NCBI GenBank assembly: GCA_964016885.1
Contig: OZ024751.1
Span: 40,734,001-40,798,000, forward strand
Reading direction: 5' to 3'
Length of the DNA stretch: 64,000 nt
Origin: Eledone cirrhosa
Lineage: Eukaryota
Shown here one piece after another: positions 23,654 through 40,051 of this stretch. Positions within the stretch are counted from its first letter, which is position 1, and each line of letters starts with the position of its first letter. The position numbers were made by a program, and so were the translations under genes. Below the pieces are notes generated by a model that was not told where the DNA came from, did no database searches, and worked only from the letters and a program-made list of their open reading frames with translations.

Positions 23654-23705
<52 letters not shown>

Positions 23706-23721
23706 CATATATATATATATG

Positions 23722-23763
<42 letters not shown>

Positions 23764-23800
23764 TATGTATATATATATATGTATATATACATATATATAC

Positions 23801-23875
<75 letters not shown>

Positions 23876-23961
23876 TATATATATATGTAAATATATATAT
23901 ACATATATATATAAATATATATATATATATATGTAAATATATACATATATATATATATATG

Positions 23962-23993
<32 letters not shown>

Positions 23994-24078
23994 CATTTAT
24001 ATATATACATATATATATATATGTAAATATATATATATATATGTATATATATACATATATATATATATATATGTATAC

Positions 24079-24231
<153 letters not shown>

Positions 24232-24313
24232 TATATATATGTAAATATATATATACATATATATATAAATATATATATATATATATGTAAATATATACAT
24301 ATATATATATATG

Positions 24314-24345
<32 letters not shown>

Positions 24346-24567
24346 CATTTATATATATGTATTTAGACACGCACACACCTATCACGTTTTGGCTTTCATA
24401 CAGGCCTAATTGTCAGCAATAGCGCCAGTCGGACTGTGTCATGTCATCTTCACATCTTGCAATGCTATTCCTCTTGTAAATATCTACAACTGGGTGTTAA
24501 TTTGAGGACATGTGAGGTTGGTCGGGTCATTTCACATAATGGAAAAGAGTAATTTAGCCAGTAGCTA

Positions 24568-24614
<47 letters not shown>

Positions 24615-24696
24615 GTAATTAATTCGGAATTTGTTTTTTTCTGTCATTTAAAAACAAATATTTTTGGGTAAGTAGTTTCTTTGCCTCTGTGTGTGT

Positions 24697-24795
<99 letters not shown>

Positions 24796-24837
24796 CAAAC
24801 AATGTACGTAAGCCGAATTCTTGGACCTTTAAGCGTT

Positions 24838-24897
<60 letters not shown>

Positions 24898-25129
24898 TGT
24901 GTGTGTGTGTTTGTAAGTATAAAGGATGATGTGCTCAAGCGCATATATGCTATAAAATAGCTTATACGTAAAATAAGGTTAAGACTCTTGAAAGACGGAA
25001 AAAAGTTGCCATCGGTATATATGTATACGTGTGTGTATGTGTGTATGTTCACATATATAAGTGTGTAAAATATTACGAACGAAATGAGGAAACTGCTCAG
25101 AAAATGAATTTCAAAATGTTTGAGGAAGG

Positions 25130-25372
25130 CCACCAGTCAGTCATGCATACCAGCCTCCCCTTCTCCACGCCACCAATGTTTTCCAAGGGTAAGCCAATGG
25201 CCGATACAGCGTGGTACAAGTGACGTTTCAATTCGTTTCTACAGCTGAGTTAACGAGTAAACTGAAGCAACGTGAAATAAAGTGTTTTACTGAAGAATAC
25301 AACGCACCGCCCGGTCCAGGATTCGAACTCACAACCTTACGATTGGGCGCTCTAACCACTAAGCCACGTGCC
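25130..25372 (-). mobile_element. SINE family B
   Basis: Reverse complement starts ggcacgtggcttagtggttagagc...gtgagttcgaatcctggaccgggcg (A and B boxes). Confidence 0.75.
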
Positions 25373-26190
25373 AACACATGACAGTAGTTGATAACTATAA
25401 ATCAGAGTTGAATAAGTCAAGAAAAGTACCCACTGCTCTTTGACGATTACATTTTCAAATACCTCGTATGTCAAGCAAAAGCATAAATTATTCTGTTGAA
25501 ATAACACCACGGGGTGTGACGAATTAAGCTCAATTATGAAGTTACAGAGTTACTGGTGTGAACAACTACAACAATATCAACGGTACATAAACACAATGGA
25601 TGAAGATTTCTAAAGAGAAGTTTCACTAGCAAATTCATGCAGCTTAAGAAGTCATTACCTGTATAAGCAAAATCTATTGGATGCTAAGATGCCGAAAATA
25701 ACGTTTTATCCTGATACGAAGTTATTCATTTTTTTTTGTCAACTATTCTATATAAAACACGAATACCCTTTGGCTTGTAATTCTAAACAGAAAGTACGTT
25801 TTCAGTAATTTTGCAAAGTTTATACATAAATATAAAGAAATAGAGAAGTTGAATGAGAAAGTGTGATAGAAGTGATGTAGATGAAGTTCATAGAAGATTT
25901 TTCTGTCGTATTTGTTGATATGTAGAAGGTTAATATTTACTTGAAGACTACTTACATGATATACCATACTGACATTTCTCTATATCAAATGGGAAGCTTA
26001 CTTAATAGGAACTTTTACTGAAAAGGTCAACTTGAAATCAAAGGTAGATTAAGTTAGTTAAAGAGAATAATTATTACTTTCCTTCTCGTCACTTTGAAGA
26101 TAAATATAACTTTCACGTGGCTTTGTTTGTGAAATCATACGATAGTCTCCCCACCTATCACCACACAACACACATATACACACGCATAAA

Positions 26191-26430
26191 GGCGCGTGGC
26201 CTAGTGGTTAACATGCTGGACTAATGACCCTAAAATCATGGGTTCGATTCCTAGACTACACGGTGATTGTATTCTCGATCAAGACACTTTATTTTACTCA
26301 ACTCCTCTGGAAAAAAATGAGTACCAACAGCAACTGAGGGTTAACCCCTGCAACGAACTGTCCAAGTATTTGCATAATAAGGTTGGGGGTTCCCTATCAT
26401 TAAAACACCAAAGAAAGCTTCTATGAGATG
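26191..26430 (+). mobile_element. SINE family B-like
   Basis: ggcgcgtggcctagtggttaa...gggttcgattcc (A and B boxes), then aagacacttt. Confidence 0.7.
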
Positions 26431-26466
26431 TATGTAACCTCATAGTAGACCAGCTAAACCTACGTA

Positions 26467-26769
26467 CAAGGGTTGGTTGAAAGGTGCATAGGCTGACTAA
26501 GATACTCTCATGGAATGACCAAATGAGGCTTATTTTTCAACATAGTCTCTAGAGAGATACAATATAGTTATTAATAAAACGAGTTGGAATTAATGCATGC
26601 AAGATATCACAGCTTTAACATCACTCCTTCATACTCAGCCTATGAGCCTTATTTTCCAACATAGTCTCTAGAAAGAAACAATGATGAGTTGAAATTAATG
26701 CATGCAAGATTTCACAGCTCCAGCATCACTCCTTCATAGTCAGCCTATAAGCTTTTCAGTCGACCCTTG
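26467..26769. mobile_element. Tc1/mariner-type MITE with TA target duplication and an internal ~105-bp duplication
   Basis: TA-caagggttggttgaaaggtgcataggctgac ... gtcagcctataagcttttcagtcgacccttg-TA. Confidence 0.75.
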
Positions 26770-27302
26770 TAGGTATAAGATGTAACAACTATCGTAAAAA
26801 AAAACAAACATTAAATCGCGATATTTCTGAAAATACACAACTTTGTATGTCAGTTAATTTAATAAATTATAATTTAAAAAAAGTTTTCTCTTATATAATA
26901 TTTCTATGATAAATATCACCTTTTCCCTTGGTTAGAGAAAACATTGATAATTTAATGGAAGTTTTTGAAAATTTTATGTAACTTTGATCTTTACAAATAT
27001 CAAAATAAAATTCAAAATAAAAGTATGCTGAACAGATGATTTAAAAATAAAATAATATTTCGTGATATATTTATAGTTCAATAATTTTAAAAACGTTAAT
27101 ATTGAAAGACGTTTGTCAACATAGAATACACCACCAAAGGGAAATAATAACAAATAACTTCCTGTCTATAGGTAGTTTGCTTACAAAACTGACGGAAATA
27201 ATAAGGAAACACTATACGATTTAGTCTGAAAGAAATGATGTGTTGCAACACATATCATATATGAGGAAACTGTGGTGTGGCAGTTTGGTTTTTATTGTGC
27301 TA

Positions 27303-27352
<50 letters not shown>

Positions 27353-27368
27353 GCATATAAATATATAT

Positions 27369-27399
<31 letters not shown>

Positions 27400-27596
27400 A
27401 ATATTCATATATCATATTATATATATATATATATAATATGATATATGAATATATATATATGATATATATATATATATATAATATGATATATATATATAAT
27501 ATGATATATATATATATGATATATATATATAATATGATATACATATATATAATTTGATCATATTATATACATACATATATATATAATTATATAATT

Positions 27597-27657
<61 letters not shown>

Positions 27658-27755
27658 GATATATATATATAATTTGATATATATATATGTATATAATATG
27701 ATATATATATATACATATACATATATATACATATATATACATATATATATATACA

Positions 27756-27821
<66 letters not shown>

Positions 27822-28126
27822 AATTAAGATGACAAAAATAAGATTTACATAGTTTCAGTCGACGGCTCCCAAACATAATTACCTCGTTATGTGTTTGAGA
27901 AAAAATGTAAAAACATACATAATTAAAGTATGTAAAAAATTATATCTATCATATTAATTTGTGTTATATGCTCTGAGTTAAGATTGTAACACTTCTTCTA
28001 ACCTTTAAACGACTCCTTGCTCTATTTCTATCTGTATAAACACACTGAAATGAAATCTTTTCAATTGCAATTTTTCTTTAGGTTACTAAATTTATTCTTA
28101 TATATTATTATTTTTTAAAAATAAAA

Positions 28127-28318
28127 GGCGGTGGATTGGCAGTATTGGTAGAGTGTCGGATGCCATGCTTTGACGCATAGAGTTACGGCCCTTGCCATTC
28201 TGAGTTCAAATCCCGCCGAGGTTAACTTTGCCTTTCATCCTTACGGGGTCGATAAAATAAAGTACCAGTAATACACTGGGTAATTGCTGGCCTTGTGCCT
28301 AACGTAGAAACAATTATT
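28127..28318 (+). mobile_element. SINE family A, full-length reference copy
   Basis: A box TGGCAGTATTGG, B box GAGTTCAAATCC, central ctttgcctttcatccttacggggtcgataaaataaagtacc, tail ccttgtgcc..agaaacaattatt; more than 12 copies in the window. Confidence 0.9.
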
Positions 28319-28563
28319 TTTTAAAAATATATACATGAGAGAATATATATACATGTGCATATGTATGTTACATGTATATATATATATATATATGAAAACA
28401 AGTTTATATAAGTTGATAATACAAGCATTTAAAGGTGAAGAACATTTTAAAGCTCAATGTGATTCTGAGGAGACCATTTTAACAGGAATGGAATATTCTT
28501 GTTAATCTAATGAAACGGTCGTAAATCATTTAAATGCTTTAACCTAAAATCCTTGCTCTCACG

Positions 28564-28596
<33 letters not shown>

Positions 28597-30265
28597 GACT
28601 TAATATTTATATAAGAAATTAGGCCTCACAGGATCTAATTTCACATCGAGATTGAATAATGACTGCAAGTATTCATTCATTGAATATGACTGCAAGTATT
28701 CATTCATTCATTATATATCTGTAGATAGATGTGTAAAGCAGTAAGTAGTAAATGATGTAGCAATGTCGGACAGTCGTCGTGTCCGGAGGAAATGTTATAT
28801 TCTCAACCATTTATTAACACCCACTTCAGTATTTCCTATTATTTAATAATAACCACTTCACTTATCCATATTATTTAGCTCCAAGTTGTGTTGCTTGTAG
28901 CCTAGTATCTGGTTGAATATAGTAATGATATAAGATACTTCAAACGGGACAAGCCCATCTTTTATTCAGAAATGCTGTACCTAAGGTCATATAATATTCT
29001 TAAGATAATAAGGTGAGACAATGGATTTCACTTCCATATCTATTGTACTTAAAACCACCTTATATCCTTAAGATAGTAAGGTGAGACAATGGATTTGATT
29101 GCCATTTCTAACAGTACGAAATACCGCAGACATGCTTCTTAGTTGATTTATTCTTTGGTGATATGGGGGAAGAAATTATCCCCCGTTCCACTAACCCTAA
29201 CTACCGTCTTTGGACTTATCCTGAGACTTTTCGAGACATTTACCGTCATATAAGGTAAATTATCTTTTTAAGTAAAGTATAACGTTTCATTTATTTGTAG
29301 AGAAAGATCAAATTTGAAAATTTCAAAAGGTGTAAAGACAGCAATTCCATTAAATGCTGACACCGGTTCTCGCTGTTGGTACAGACTAGCTTCACATTAC
29401 GAGAAAAAGAAAAAAAGAAAGAAAAAGGTATACAAATGCGGCATATGATTAAGACATGAAAGTTTGTGAAAAGGTCACAGGCGTACTATTACTCCCCGTT
29501 AGAAATTATTTACCTGAGAGTGCCTGTTGTTATAAGTTGTGTGAAACAAGCCAAGCTCAATTAGCAGCCGCAATCCGTTTTGTCACGAAGTCATGTCTAT
29601 TGTGTTTAGAGATCAATAGATATATATATGTATTTTTTTCATTTTTTAATTATTATTTTTTACCTCGGAAGGGAATGTCACTTGATACATATACGCTTAG
29701 GCACCTGTCTGGCACAACAACTTAAGCCAAGTAAATCTTGCTTTTTACCGTCTCTGGTCTCTTTTTTTCTTTCTGACTACATTCTCGATCTATTTTCAAC
29801 TATGTTGTCTTACATGCAGACATTTAAATGTATAAAAAAGCAGATTCAGTCATTTTTAACGTTCTCAAGAGAAGTGTTGAAACAGGTGGTTGACGTTGAT
29901 TCGAAAGCATAACTTACATTAGTTTCTTTTGACAGAAACTTCTGTTAGAAGAAGAACAAAGAATGCTAAGAGTTTGATGACTTTCTGAAAGACACACCAT
30001 GTAAAATGTATTATATATATATATATATATATATGTTTATCCCGGGTTCAATCATGCAACCGAATGAAACAGTTCTAGTCCTGTAGAAGCCATTTCTATA
30101 TATATAGCGAACCTGGTCCCTTACGATTTGAACACATATGTCTATATATCTGTGTTTATTTCTCTTTTATATTCAATTATAATATACGGTTCGGAAAAAT
30201 CTCTTTCCTTGAGCTATTTAATTGTAAGAGACTATTTTGAGTTTCTAACTCACTATATACCTTTC

Positions 30266-30359
<94 letters not shown>

Positions 30360-30375
30360 ACACACACACACACAC

Positions 30376-30419
<44 letters not shown>

Positions 30420-30591
30420 CAAAATCCAAAGAGGGCTCGATAAGGATAGTATATATATATATATATATTTCTTTAAGTCGTTCAAGCAAACTTCAATACT
30501 CTCATATATATATTTGTCAATCTCTTGTCAAACCAATAAATTACGAGAGACAAACAAGTAAACGTAAAATGAGTCACCCCCACCCCACCCT

Positions 30592-30630
<39 letters not shown>

Positions 30631-30966
30631 ATAACAAAATAAGATGCTGAGGTTACATAGATCGTTTAATCATTATACTTATTTCTACGGTTCTCCATGC
30701 AATCGAGATGTCCTTCAAGCATTTGTTGTTGTTATGAGAACGGTTTCCTCAAATGATACCCGATATTGTAACCTCACCATCTTATTTTGTTATTTTTATA
30801 AAAATCTCCATCGTAACTAAAAACTACGATTGTTGAGAGCTTTCTCCTGCTTACTCCTGTTTTTGCCAAAACAATATCTTCTAATGGACCTGTTATTTTT
30901 ATCTAAAGACATTTTTTTCGAATTCCAACCCGCCCGTCCCCTCAATCTATCTTATTTCTCATTCTT

Positions 30967-31002
30967 TCTTCCGATGAAGGACTAGCGTCCGAAACGTTAA
31001 GA
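30967..31002 (+). ncRNA. Very small hammerhead-like motif (related copy at 32151-32187)
   Basis: tctt-CCGATGA-aggac(tagc)gtcc-GAAA-cg-TT-aaga; 32151 copy ctct-CTGATGA-agaatcaacgtcc-GAAA-cg-TA-aaaga. Confidence 0.5.
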
Positions 31003-31082
31003 CCCTCTTCCTGCTATATCAAGCGTTAACCAAATATATCCCTTCCATATACTGTACCGATTGTGTTCTTATTTCTGTTTAC

Positions 31083-31146
<64 letters not shown>

Positions 31147-32800
31147 TACACACACATACACACACATAGTCTACCAAATTTAACTCACAAGATATAGTAT
31201 AGTTGAAGACACTTTCAGTGATCCAGTGTGACCGAAGTTTAATGACTGAAACCAGTAAAAAGTGGTAAAAAAGCTACTTTTTCTGATTTCTAAAAGTTAA
31301 ATTATACAATTAATTGAATATCAATTTATGATAGAGAGTGAATCTTTGAAATTAATTATGCAACAATCATTTCATGGTAATTACACACACACACACATAT
31401 ACACACATATATACATATACACACACACATATATATACACACATATATATACACTCATATACATACATATTGTTGAATAAAACACGCACACACCTACAAT
31501 AATATATATTTTAGAAAATTAGCCACCCTTTCAATTTATCGATTTATTTTGCAAAGAATTTGTTTAACACATTTGAGGATTTAATTAATTCGTATGTGAC
31601 AGAGAACAACACCAATAGCAGAAAAGTGTTATTGGGAAAAAATGGCGCATCTAAGAATTATTATGAGAGAAAATGGTTGTAGCTAACGGGTTGGAAAGAA
31701 ATCATAATTTTTAATAGTTATGTTGTGTTTCATGAAAGTAATTCTGATAAAAAAAAAATGTTTCGATTAATTGACAAAGTGATAATTGGAAAATTATGAA
31801 GAATTGAAATGGTAATAGATAGTGGTTTAGTGATTAAAAATGACCAATTGAGAGATAGTAGGAGGAAGGAGAAGAGTGGAGGTGAGGAGCAGAACAGAGG
31901 AGGGAGAAGGTGAGGCGAGGAAGAGAGTAAGGACGAAGAGAGGGGAATGAAATGAGAGAGAGGGGAGTGAAATGAGAGAGAGGGAAACGTTACGCCATTT
32001 AATTCAAGTCATTTGATAAAAAAGAAATCTAGCAACAAGACAAATAAAAACAACAAATCAAAACAACCGATTTATTGTACAGTTAACATATTTTATCTCT
32101 GTCTCTCTCTCTACACTAAGCCTTCTGATCTTTTCCTATACTATATATTCCTCTCTGATGAAGAATCAACGTCCGAAACGTAAAAGACACTAATTTTATT
32201 TAATTCAATTGTAAAATAAATATAATTCAGTCGCCTGACATTGCACTATATAAATAGATAATTAGATAGGATAGTCTGGGTTGAAGAGCAGAAGTGGGAG
32301 AGAATGAGAGGGTTAAAATGAGTGATGGGTTGGACCAGCAACAAGGATAAAACAAAGAAACAAAATAAAGTATTTATATTACGAAACTTGGAAGCATATT
32401 CATTTTGAAAAGAAATTACTGTTAAATAAATTTAGAGAGGGTGCTGACCGATTTTCCTGTTCAATTATCTATCATATCTAATTGAGGCCATCAACGCTGT
32501 ATAAATGTTAGCATAGTAGGATGGCTGTGATATGAAATTCTACAAAATCCAGTGACTGATCGTAAGAGCAGGTTAATTATGAATGGAATATTATAGAAAG
32601 AGGATGAGGAAATTAACAATTGCAGCAAGAGGAAGAGAATATAGGTTATAACATCAGTTTTTTGTTTTAAATCTTCATCATTTGTTTTCCACACATTTTT
32701 GGTGATTTTATTTTGCCAGAAGTACATCAGTGTATATAGCTAAAACGGCCATTTTTGTCAGTAGTACGCCAGTGTATATAGCTAACCGTCACCAGCAGGT

Positions 32801-32928
<128 letters not shown>

Positions 32929-32966
32929 CATACATACACACACACACACACATATATATATATTTG

Positions 32967-33001
<35 letters not shown>

Positions 33002-33230
33002 GAATATATGTGATTGAAATAAATTAACTGCTTAATAGGTAAGAGAAGAAACGATAAAATGTCAACAAAAAGATAAACAAAACTACATAAACAAATAAAC
33101 AAATAAAGATGCCATTAATAAATAATAAATATAGAAACACAATAATTTGATGAATAATTGCAAATAATACAAATGACACGTGAGAGTAATCAAGTTAATT
33201 AGTTGTGGGCTAAATAAAGCAAATAGATGG

Positions 33231-33318
<88 letters not shown>

Positions 33319-33416
33319 CCATCTATATATATATGTGTGTGTGTGTGTATATAAACATACATTCGTTTATAATACATATATATACATACGTACGTTTATA
33401 ATTCACACATATACAT

Positions 33417-33556
<140 letters not shown>

Positions 33557-34576
33557 GAACACACACGAATACATATATACATATACAGATATACATACAT
33601 ATATATATATACATACATACATTATATATATATATATACACACATGTAATCAATAATTGCCAAAAATGTAGCGTCTTGCTATGAAATACGACACGGTAAG
33701 TAACCAAAACTATTTCCAACGCTATCCGCAGGAACGACGTCTTGATAGTCCTGATAAAGTACGACAGCATCAGAATGTATTCACACCTTAAATAACGAAT
33801 ATTGGTGCAATATTCCAATCAAAATAGAAACTCCTGTGTAAACACAGTCTGTCCCCAGCTCGGAAGTTCATTACGCTGGTGCATATCCCGATTTCCTTGG
33901 CGTTAAGCGACCGGGAGTATAAAGTTCCTTTCCGAACAGAACTCTGGTTCATCGCTGGATTAAGCCACCACTGGAGCTGGCACTTATTTTTAACTGAGTG
34001 GAATAGGGTAATGTGAAATGAAGTAATTTGTTCAAGAACACAACGTGGTGTCATACGGTTCAAGACTCGAAACCACGACATTACAATCTTAAGCCGTACA
34101 GCTTAACCACAAGGTCACATGCTTTCCTGACTAGATATAATTAGTTCAATGGGACAGTGAACAAATGTCATAAACTGTTGTTGTGGTTAGATACTGAAGC
34201 TCATGTGAACTTATCATCTGCAGTTCTAAAGTTGATCAAAAAATGAACATCCATGTCGAACCATTGCGGAACCTATAGCTCGTGTTGTCACATCGACACA
34301 ATGGAGTCTAAACCATCGCTATTTAGGAATTCTTCTCATACAAGCCCTAGAGTTATTCAATAAATCGTAAATCATCATAACGGAATATGATACTGGCATA
34401 AGATGAACGCTGGAAAATTGGTGTTATTTTATGACGAATCCTGTTGAGTGACAAAATAGAAATTGCTTGGAACTCTTCTTTGTATTTATAGTTGTTTTGA
34501 TAGATTAGGGAAAACTGACCTCGTAGGCCTGCATATCATAAACAAACGTAGAAGCGAAGGAAAAGAACCTAACTTT

Positions 34577-34656
<80 letters not shown>

Positions 34657-35040
34657 GTCCCGCCCATTAGCGTACGCAATTTTTACATCGTTGCCAGTAC
34701 GCATGCGTATTAGCCATTGATTTTATGTCATTATACAAATGTATGATGAGTTAGTTTCAATCATATAAACCTTTGTCATTTGACGGCTCTAAAGTCGGTC
34801 ATGAAATGCTATAATGGTATGAATCACAGCTTGAAACAAATATATTACATTTCTCTAGTAATATGTGTGATTATGTTTTTCTCAAGAGTATTATCGAGGT
34901 AAATGCAATGCAAACGTACACAAGTTTGCCAGTCAAAACAATCCAAACAATCTCAACTAGAGTTTCATATGTAGCAATTCCTCAGTTAACGTAAACCTCG
35001 TTTAACGACCGCTATAATACGCCTGTTGTAAAGAAGTTGT

Positions 35041-35260
35041 CTGGCTTAGTGGGTTTAGTTTTTGGTTCAGCATCATGCGTTCGAATCCCAGACCCGGTGG
35101 CGTTTTGTGGTCTTCAGCAAGACACTTTATTTTACGTTTTTGGTTCACCATCATGCGTTCGAATCCCAGACCCGGTGGCGTTTTGTGGTCTTCAGCAAGA
35201 CACTTTATTTTAAGTTTTTCCAGTCCGCTCGACTGGAATAATTGAGTTGTACCTGTAATT
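35041..35260 (+). mobile_element. SINE family B with an internal ~69-bp duplication
   Basis: catcatgcgttcgaatcccagacccggtggcgttttgtggtcttcagcaagacactttatttta repeated twice. Confidence 0.75.
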
Positions 35261-35445
35261 CAAATGATCTGTCTTATCACTCACTGGCGTTAAGTGACTA
35301 GACGCCAGTTCATCGCAGGGTTAACCCCCCCAGCTATTGCTGGTACTAATTTTCAGCTAATTAGTCCAATACACTTACCACTAGGCCACGCGCCACCACA
35401 GAGGTTGAATATGGCTAAGGAATATATGTATGTATATATACATAT

Positions 35446-35636
35446 ATAATTGTTTCTACTTTTGGCACAAGGCCAGCAATTACCCAGTGTATTACTGGTA
35501 CTTTATTTTATCGACCCCGTAAGGATGAAAGACGAAGTTAACCTCGGCGGGATTTGAACTCAGATCATAAAGGGACGTAACTCTATGCTTCAAAGCATGG
35601 TGTCCGACCCTCTACCGATACTGGCAATCCACCGCC
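35446..35636 (-). mobile_element. SINE family A, full length
   Basis: Reverse complement of the 28127 consensus. Confidence 0.9.
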
Positions 35637-35860
35637 CTATATATAAATATATAATAAACATCAATCCCACCTCTCTCTGTATACAACACACTTTCCCAAC
35701 CTTCCTCTCTATATCAATTACTATCAAAAGCCCGTACATAACATGTACGTAAATTGTAGCGCATATACAAATAGTGTGTCTTGGTGACGATATATAAGTT
35801 AAGGGCCGAAACACTCGTTTGAGCGAGGTTTCTTTCTTTTGCGGTCCAGCTCTTTGGAGA

Positions 35861-35967
<107 letters not shown>

Positions 35968-36217
35968 GATTTGTTTTGCAAGGTTTTTGATATGAAAACG
36001 TTGATTGCCAAATAAATTAACTGTGGAGATATAAAAGATACAGAAGCGAAAACCAACCAAAGAGTGAGTGTGTTCTGTTATTATTTCTGGCAATATTATT
36101 ACAACAATATGACCCTCCCCAAGTATAACAATATATATATATATATATATAAGTAGAAGGGATATTTAATTTGTTGGAAATACAACAAATAGATATAAAT
36201 GTTTATAATTGATTTTG

Positions 36218-36278
36218 TATTTTATCTGATGATAGCGTACCAAAATTTTGGTACCGTTGAAATATATATAATTGAATA
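36218..36278 (+). ncRNA. Minimal type I hammerhead, family B (diverged)
   Basis: tattttat-CTGATGA-tagcgtaccaa(aatt)ttggtaccgtt-GAAA-tatata-TA-attgaata. Confidence 0.65.
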
Positions 36279-36400
36279 AATATGGTTTTATAAATATAGT
36301 TTCCATTTATTTAATATCATTATATATATATATACTACCCTAAGTATTGAGTACTCTGGTGCGTTATGGTCCATCTGGTTCCTTACCACAATTCCTTTGT

Positions 36401-36484
<84 letters not shown>

Positions 36485-36815
36485 CTTAACTGGTAACTTT
36501 ATATAATATCAAATACATATATCATGTAGCATAAAAGCAAATGCAAATATCTTTCAGAATCAAACATTTTTGTTTAAATCTCTTTTATATTATGCAATTC
36601 GAAAATTTTAAATATCTTTTTACGCGAGATCTATAAGCCGATAAAACTGACAAAAACAGCTGATATATACGATTATTGTATAAGATCAATAATCTTTCGC
36701 ATATGTATGTGTACGAGTCTGTGTGTGTATGTATTGTATGTGTGTTGTGTCTGTGTATATGTGGCTATGTGTGTATATATGTGTCTGTGTGTGTGTGAGT
36801 GACTGTGCGTGTGCC

Positions 36816-36894
<79 letters not shown>

Positions 36895-37021
36895 CTGTGT
36901 ATATATATATATAGTATTTAAATATATATGTATATATATATAGTATTTAAATATATTATATATATATACATATATATATATATACATATATATATATACA
37001 TATATATATATACATATATAC

Positions 37022-37056
<35 letters not shown>

Positions 37057-37101
37057 CATATATACATATATATTTATACATATATATATATACATATATA
37101 C

Positions 37102-37146
<45 letters not shown>

Positions 37147-37173
37147 TACACATATATATACATATATATATAC

Positions 37174-37210
<37 letters not shown>

Positions 37211-37337
37211 CATATATACATGTACATACATATACATATATATATATACATATATACATGTACATACATATACATATATATATATACATATATACATACA
37301 TATACATATATATATATACATATATACATATACATAC

Positions 37338-37400
<63 letters not shown>

Positions 37401-37846
37401 TACATATATATATATAATATATTTAAATACTATATATATACTGTTGACCATGATATTCTCCACTTTTTCAATTTTATATATATACATATATATAATGTGC
37501 AATTATTGTTTGATTTATGGATATCACTGAGTATTTATATAGTAGGAAGACTGCGTCTTGAATGATTGTAATGGATTTATGTTTTAATATTACTGTTACG
37601 TATGAACGATCAGATGTATAGAATCAATAAACAATGGCAGTTTTAGACGACCAAGGTTACATTTTCAGTATTGAGATAATGGAAAATATGTGTGAGTTCT
37701 GCTTTTTCCAGTCAGAACTTTAATCCTGAATTGGAAATAAATACGAAGAGATTCGCCATTGCTAAAGAAAAAGACTTTCAAACATAAACAACCATCATAT
37801 ATGTTTTTCTCTGGAATGAAATAGTCTCATTATTTCTGATGAAAAG

Positions 37847-38190
37847 GGCGGTGGATTGGCAGTGTCGGTAGAGGGCCGGACGCCATGCTTTGCAGCATAG
37901 AGTTACGGTCCTTTATGATCTGAGTTCAAATCCTGCCGAAGTTATCTTTGCCTTTAATCCTTACGGGGTCGATAAAATAAAGTACCAGTCTCGCACTGGA
38001 GTCGATTTAATCGACTTTCCCTTCTGCCAAAATTGCTGGCCTTGTGCCTATATAAGAAACAATTATTTCTGATGAAAAAAGTGGTGGATTGGCAGTATCG
38101 GTAGAGCGTCGGACAACATACTTTGTGACATAGTGTTACAGATCTTTACGTTGTGAGTTCAAATCCCGTCAAGGTTAGCTTTACCTTTCA
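37847..38190 (+). mobile_element. SINE family A, full copy followed by a truncated copy
   Basis: gg(c/t)ggtggattggcagt heads at 37847 and ~38081; ttatttctgatgaaaa flanks the first copy on both sides (probable TSD). Confidence 0.88.
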
Positions 38191-38466
38191 TTTATATATA
38201 TATATAATAAATCAAAACATATCAAATATGTTTAGAATTTTGTATTTCTCAATAAGCAAGTTCGATCACCTGTGTACATATTCTTCTATAGAATCTATAC
38301 GATATATAGTTCTTTCTCTCTCTCTCTATATATATATACATATATCTTTTTCATTTGTTATTTATATTATACTGTGTCATGACCTTGGTGGTCATATTCT
38401 TTTCATGTGAGAGGTAATTGTTTTGGAGGAAGATTAGAGAGAGAGAGAGAGAGAGAGAGGAGGCTG

Positions 38467-38502
<36 letters not shown>

Positions 38503-38539
38503 GCTGAGGAGCGAGAGAGAGAGTGAGAGAAGAGGCTGA

Positions 38540-38578
<39 letters not shown>

Positions 38579-38735
38579 ATGGTGGGATTTGAACCCACAG
38601 CTCAAAATCCAGAACAAATAACACAAAACATCATATCCGACGCTCTATCGACCATGAAAGCAGAATATATTTCCTCATATATTTCTTGCCTCACAAATTC
38701 ATGAACCTCGGAATATATTGAAAACATTTTAGCTT

Positions 38736-40051
38736 TTCAGTTTTATATATATATTTATATTCAGTTTTATATATATATTTATATTCAGTTTTATATATAT
38801 ATTTATATTCAGTTTTATATATATATTTATATTCAGTTTTATATATATATATTTATATTCAGTTTTATATATATATTTATATTCAGTTTTATATATATAT
38901 TTATATTCAGTTTTATATATATATATTTATATTCAGTTTTATATATATATTTATATTCAGTTTTATATATATATTTATATTCAGTTTTATATATATATAT
39001 TTATATTCAGTTTTATATATATATTTATATTCAGTTTTATATATATATATTTATATTCAGTTTTATATATATATTTATATTCAGTTTTATATATATATAT
39101 TTATATTCAGTTTTATATATATATTTATATTCAGTTTTATATATATATATTTATATTCAGTTTTATATATATATTTATATTCAGTTTTATATATATATTT
39201 ATATTCAATTTTATATATATATTTATATTCAGTTTTATATATATATTTATATTCAGTTTTATATATATATATTTATATTCAGTTTTATATATATATTTAT
39301 ATTCAGTTTTATATATATATTTATATTCAGTTTTATATATATATTTATATTCAGTTTTATATATATATTTATATTCAGTTTTATATATATATTTATATTC
39401 AGTTTTATATATATATTTATATTCAGTTTTATATATATATTTATATTCAGTTTTATATATATATTTATATTCAGTTTTATATATATATTTATATTCAGTT
39501 TTATATATATATTTATATTCAATTTTATATATATATTTATATTCAGTTTTATATATATATATTTATATTCAGTTTTATATATATATATTTATATTCAGTT
39601 TTATATATATATTTATATTCAGTTTTATATATATATTTATATTCAGTTTTATATATATATTTATATTCAGTTTTATATATATATTTATATTCAGTTTTAT
39701 ATATATATATTTATATTCAGTTTTATATATATATATTTATATTCAGTTTTATATATATATTTATATTCAGTTTTATATATATATATTTATATTCAGTTTT
39801 ATATATATATATTTATATTCAGTTTTATATATATATTTATATTCAGTTTTATATATATATTTATATTCAGTTTTATATATATATTTATATTCAGTTTTAT
39901 ATATATATTTATATTCAGTTTTATATATATATATTTATATTCAGTTTTATATATATATTTATATTCAGTTTTATATATATATTTATATTCAGTTTTATAT
40001 ATATATTTATATTCAGTTTTATATATATAATTATATTCAGTTTTATATATA
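38736..40051. repeat. 24-28-bp AT-rich minisatellite (ttttatatatatatttatattcag)
   Basis: About 50 units directly visible. Confidence 0.97.

Noticed and set aside
28127-28220. tRNA-like A/B boxes as tRNA genes
   Set aside because: No cloverleaf evident; always followed by the same SINE body in many copies.
37835-38076. ctgatgaaaa motifs at ~37836 and ~38069 as hammerheads
   Set aside because: No stem II, GAAA or stem I partner; they are part of the probable TSD around a SINE.
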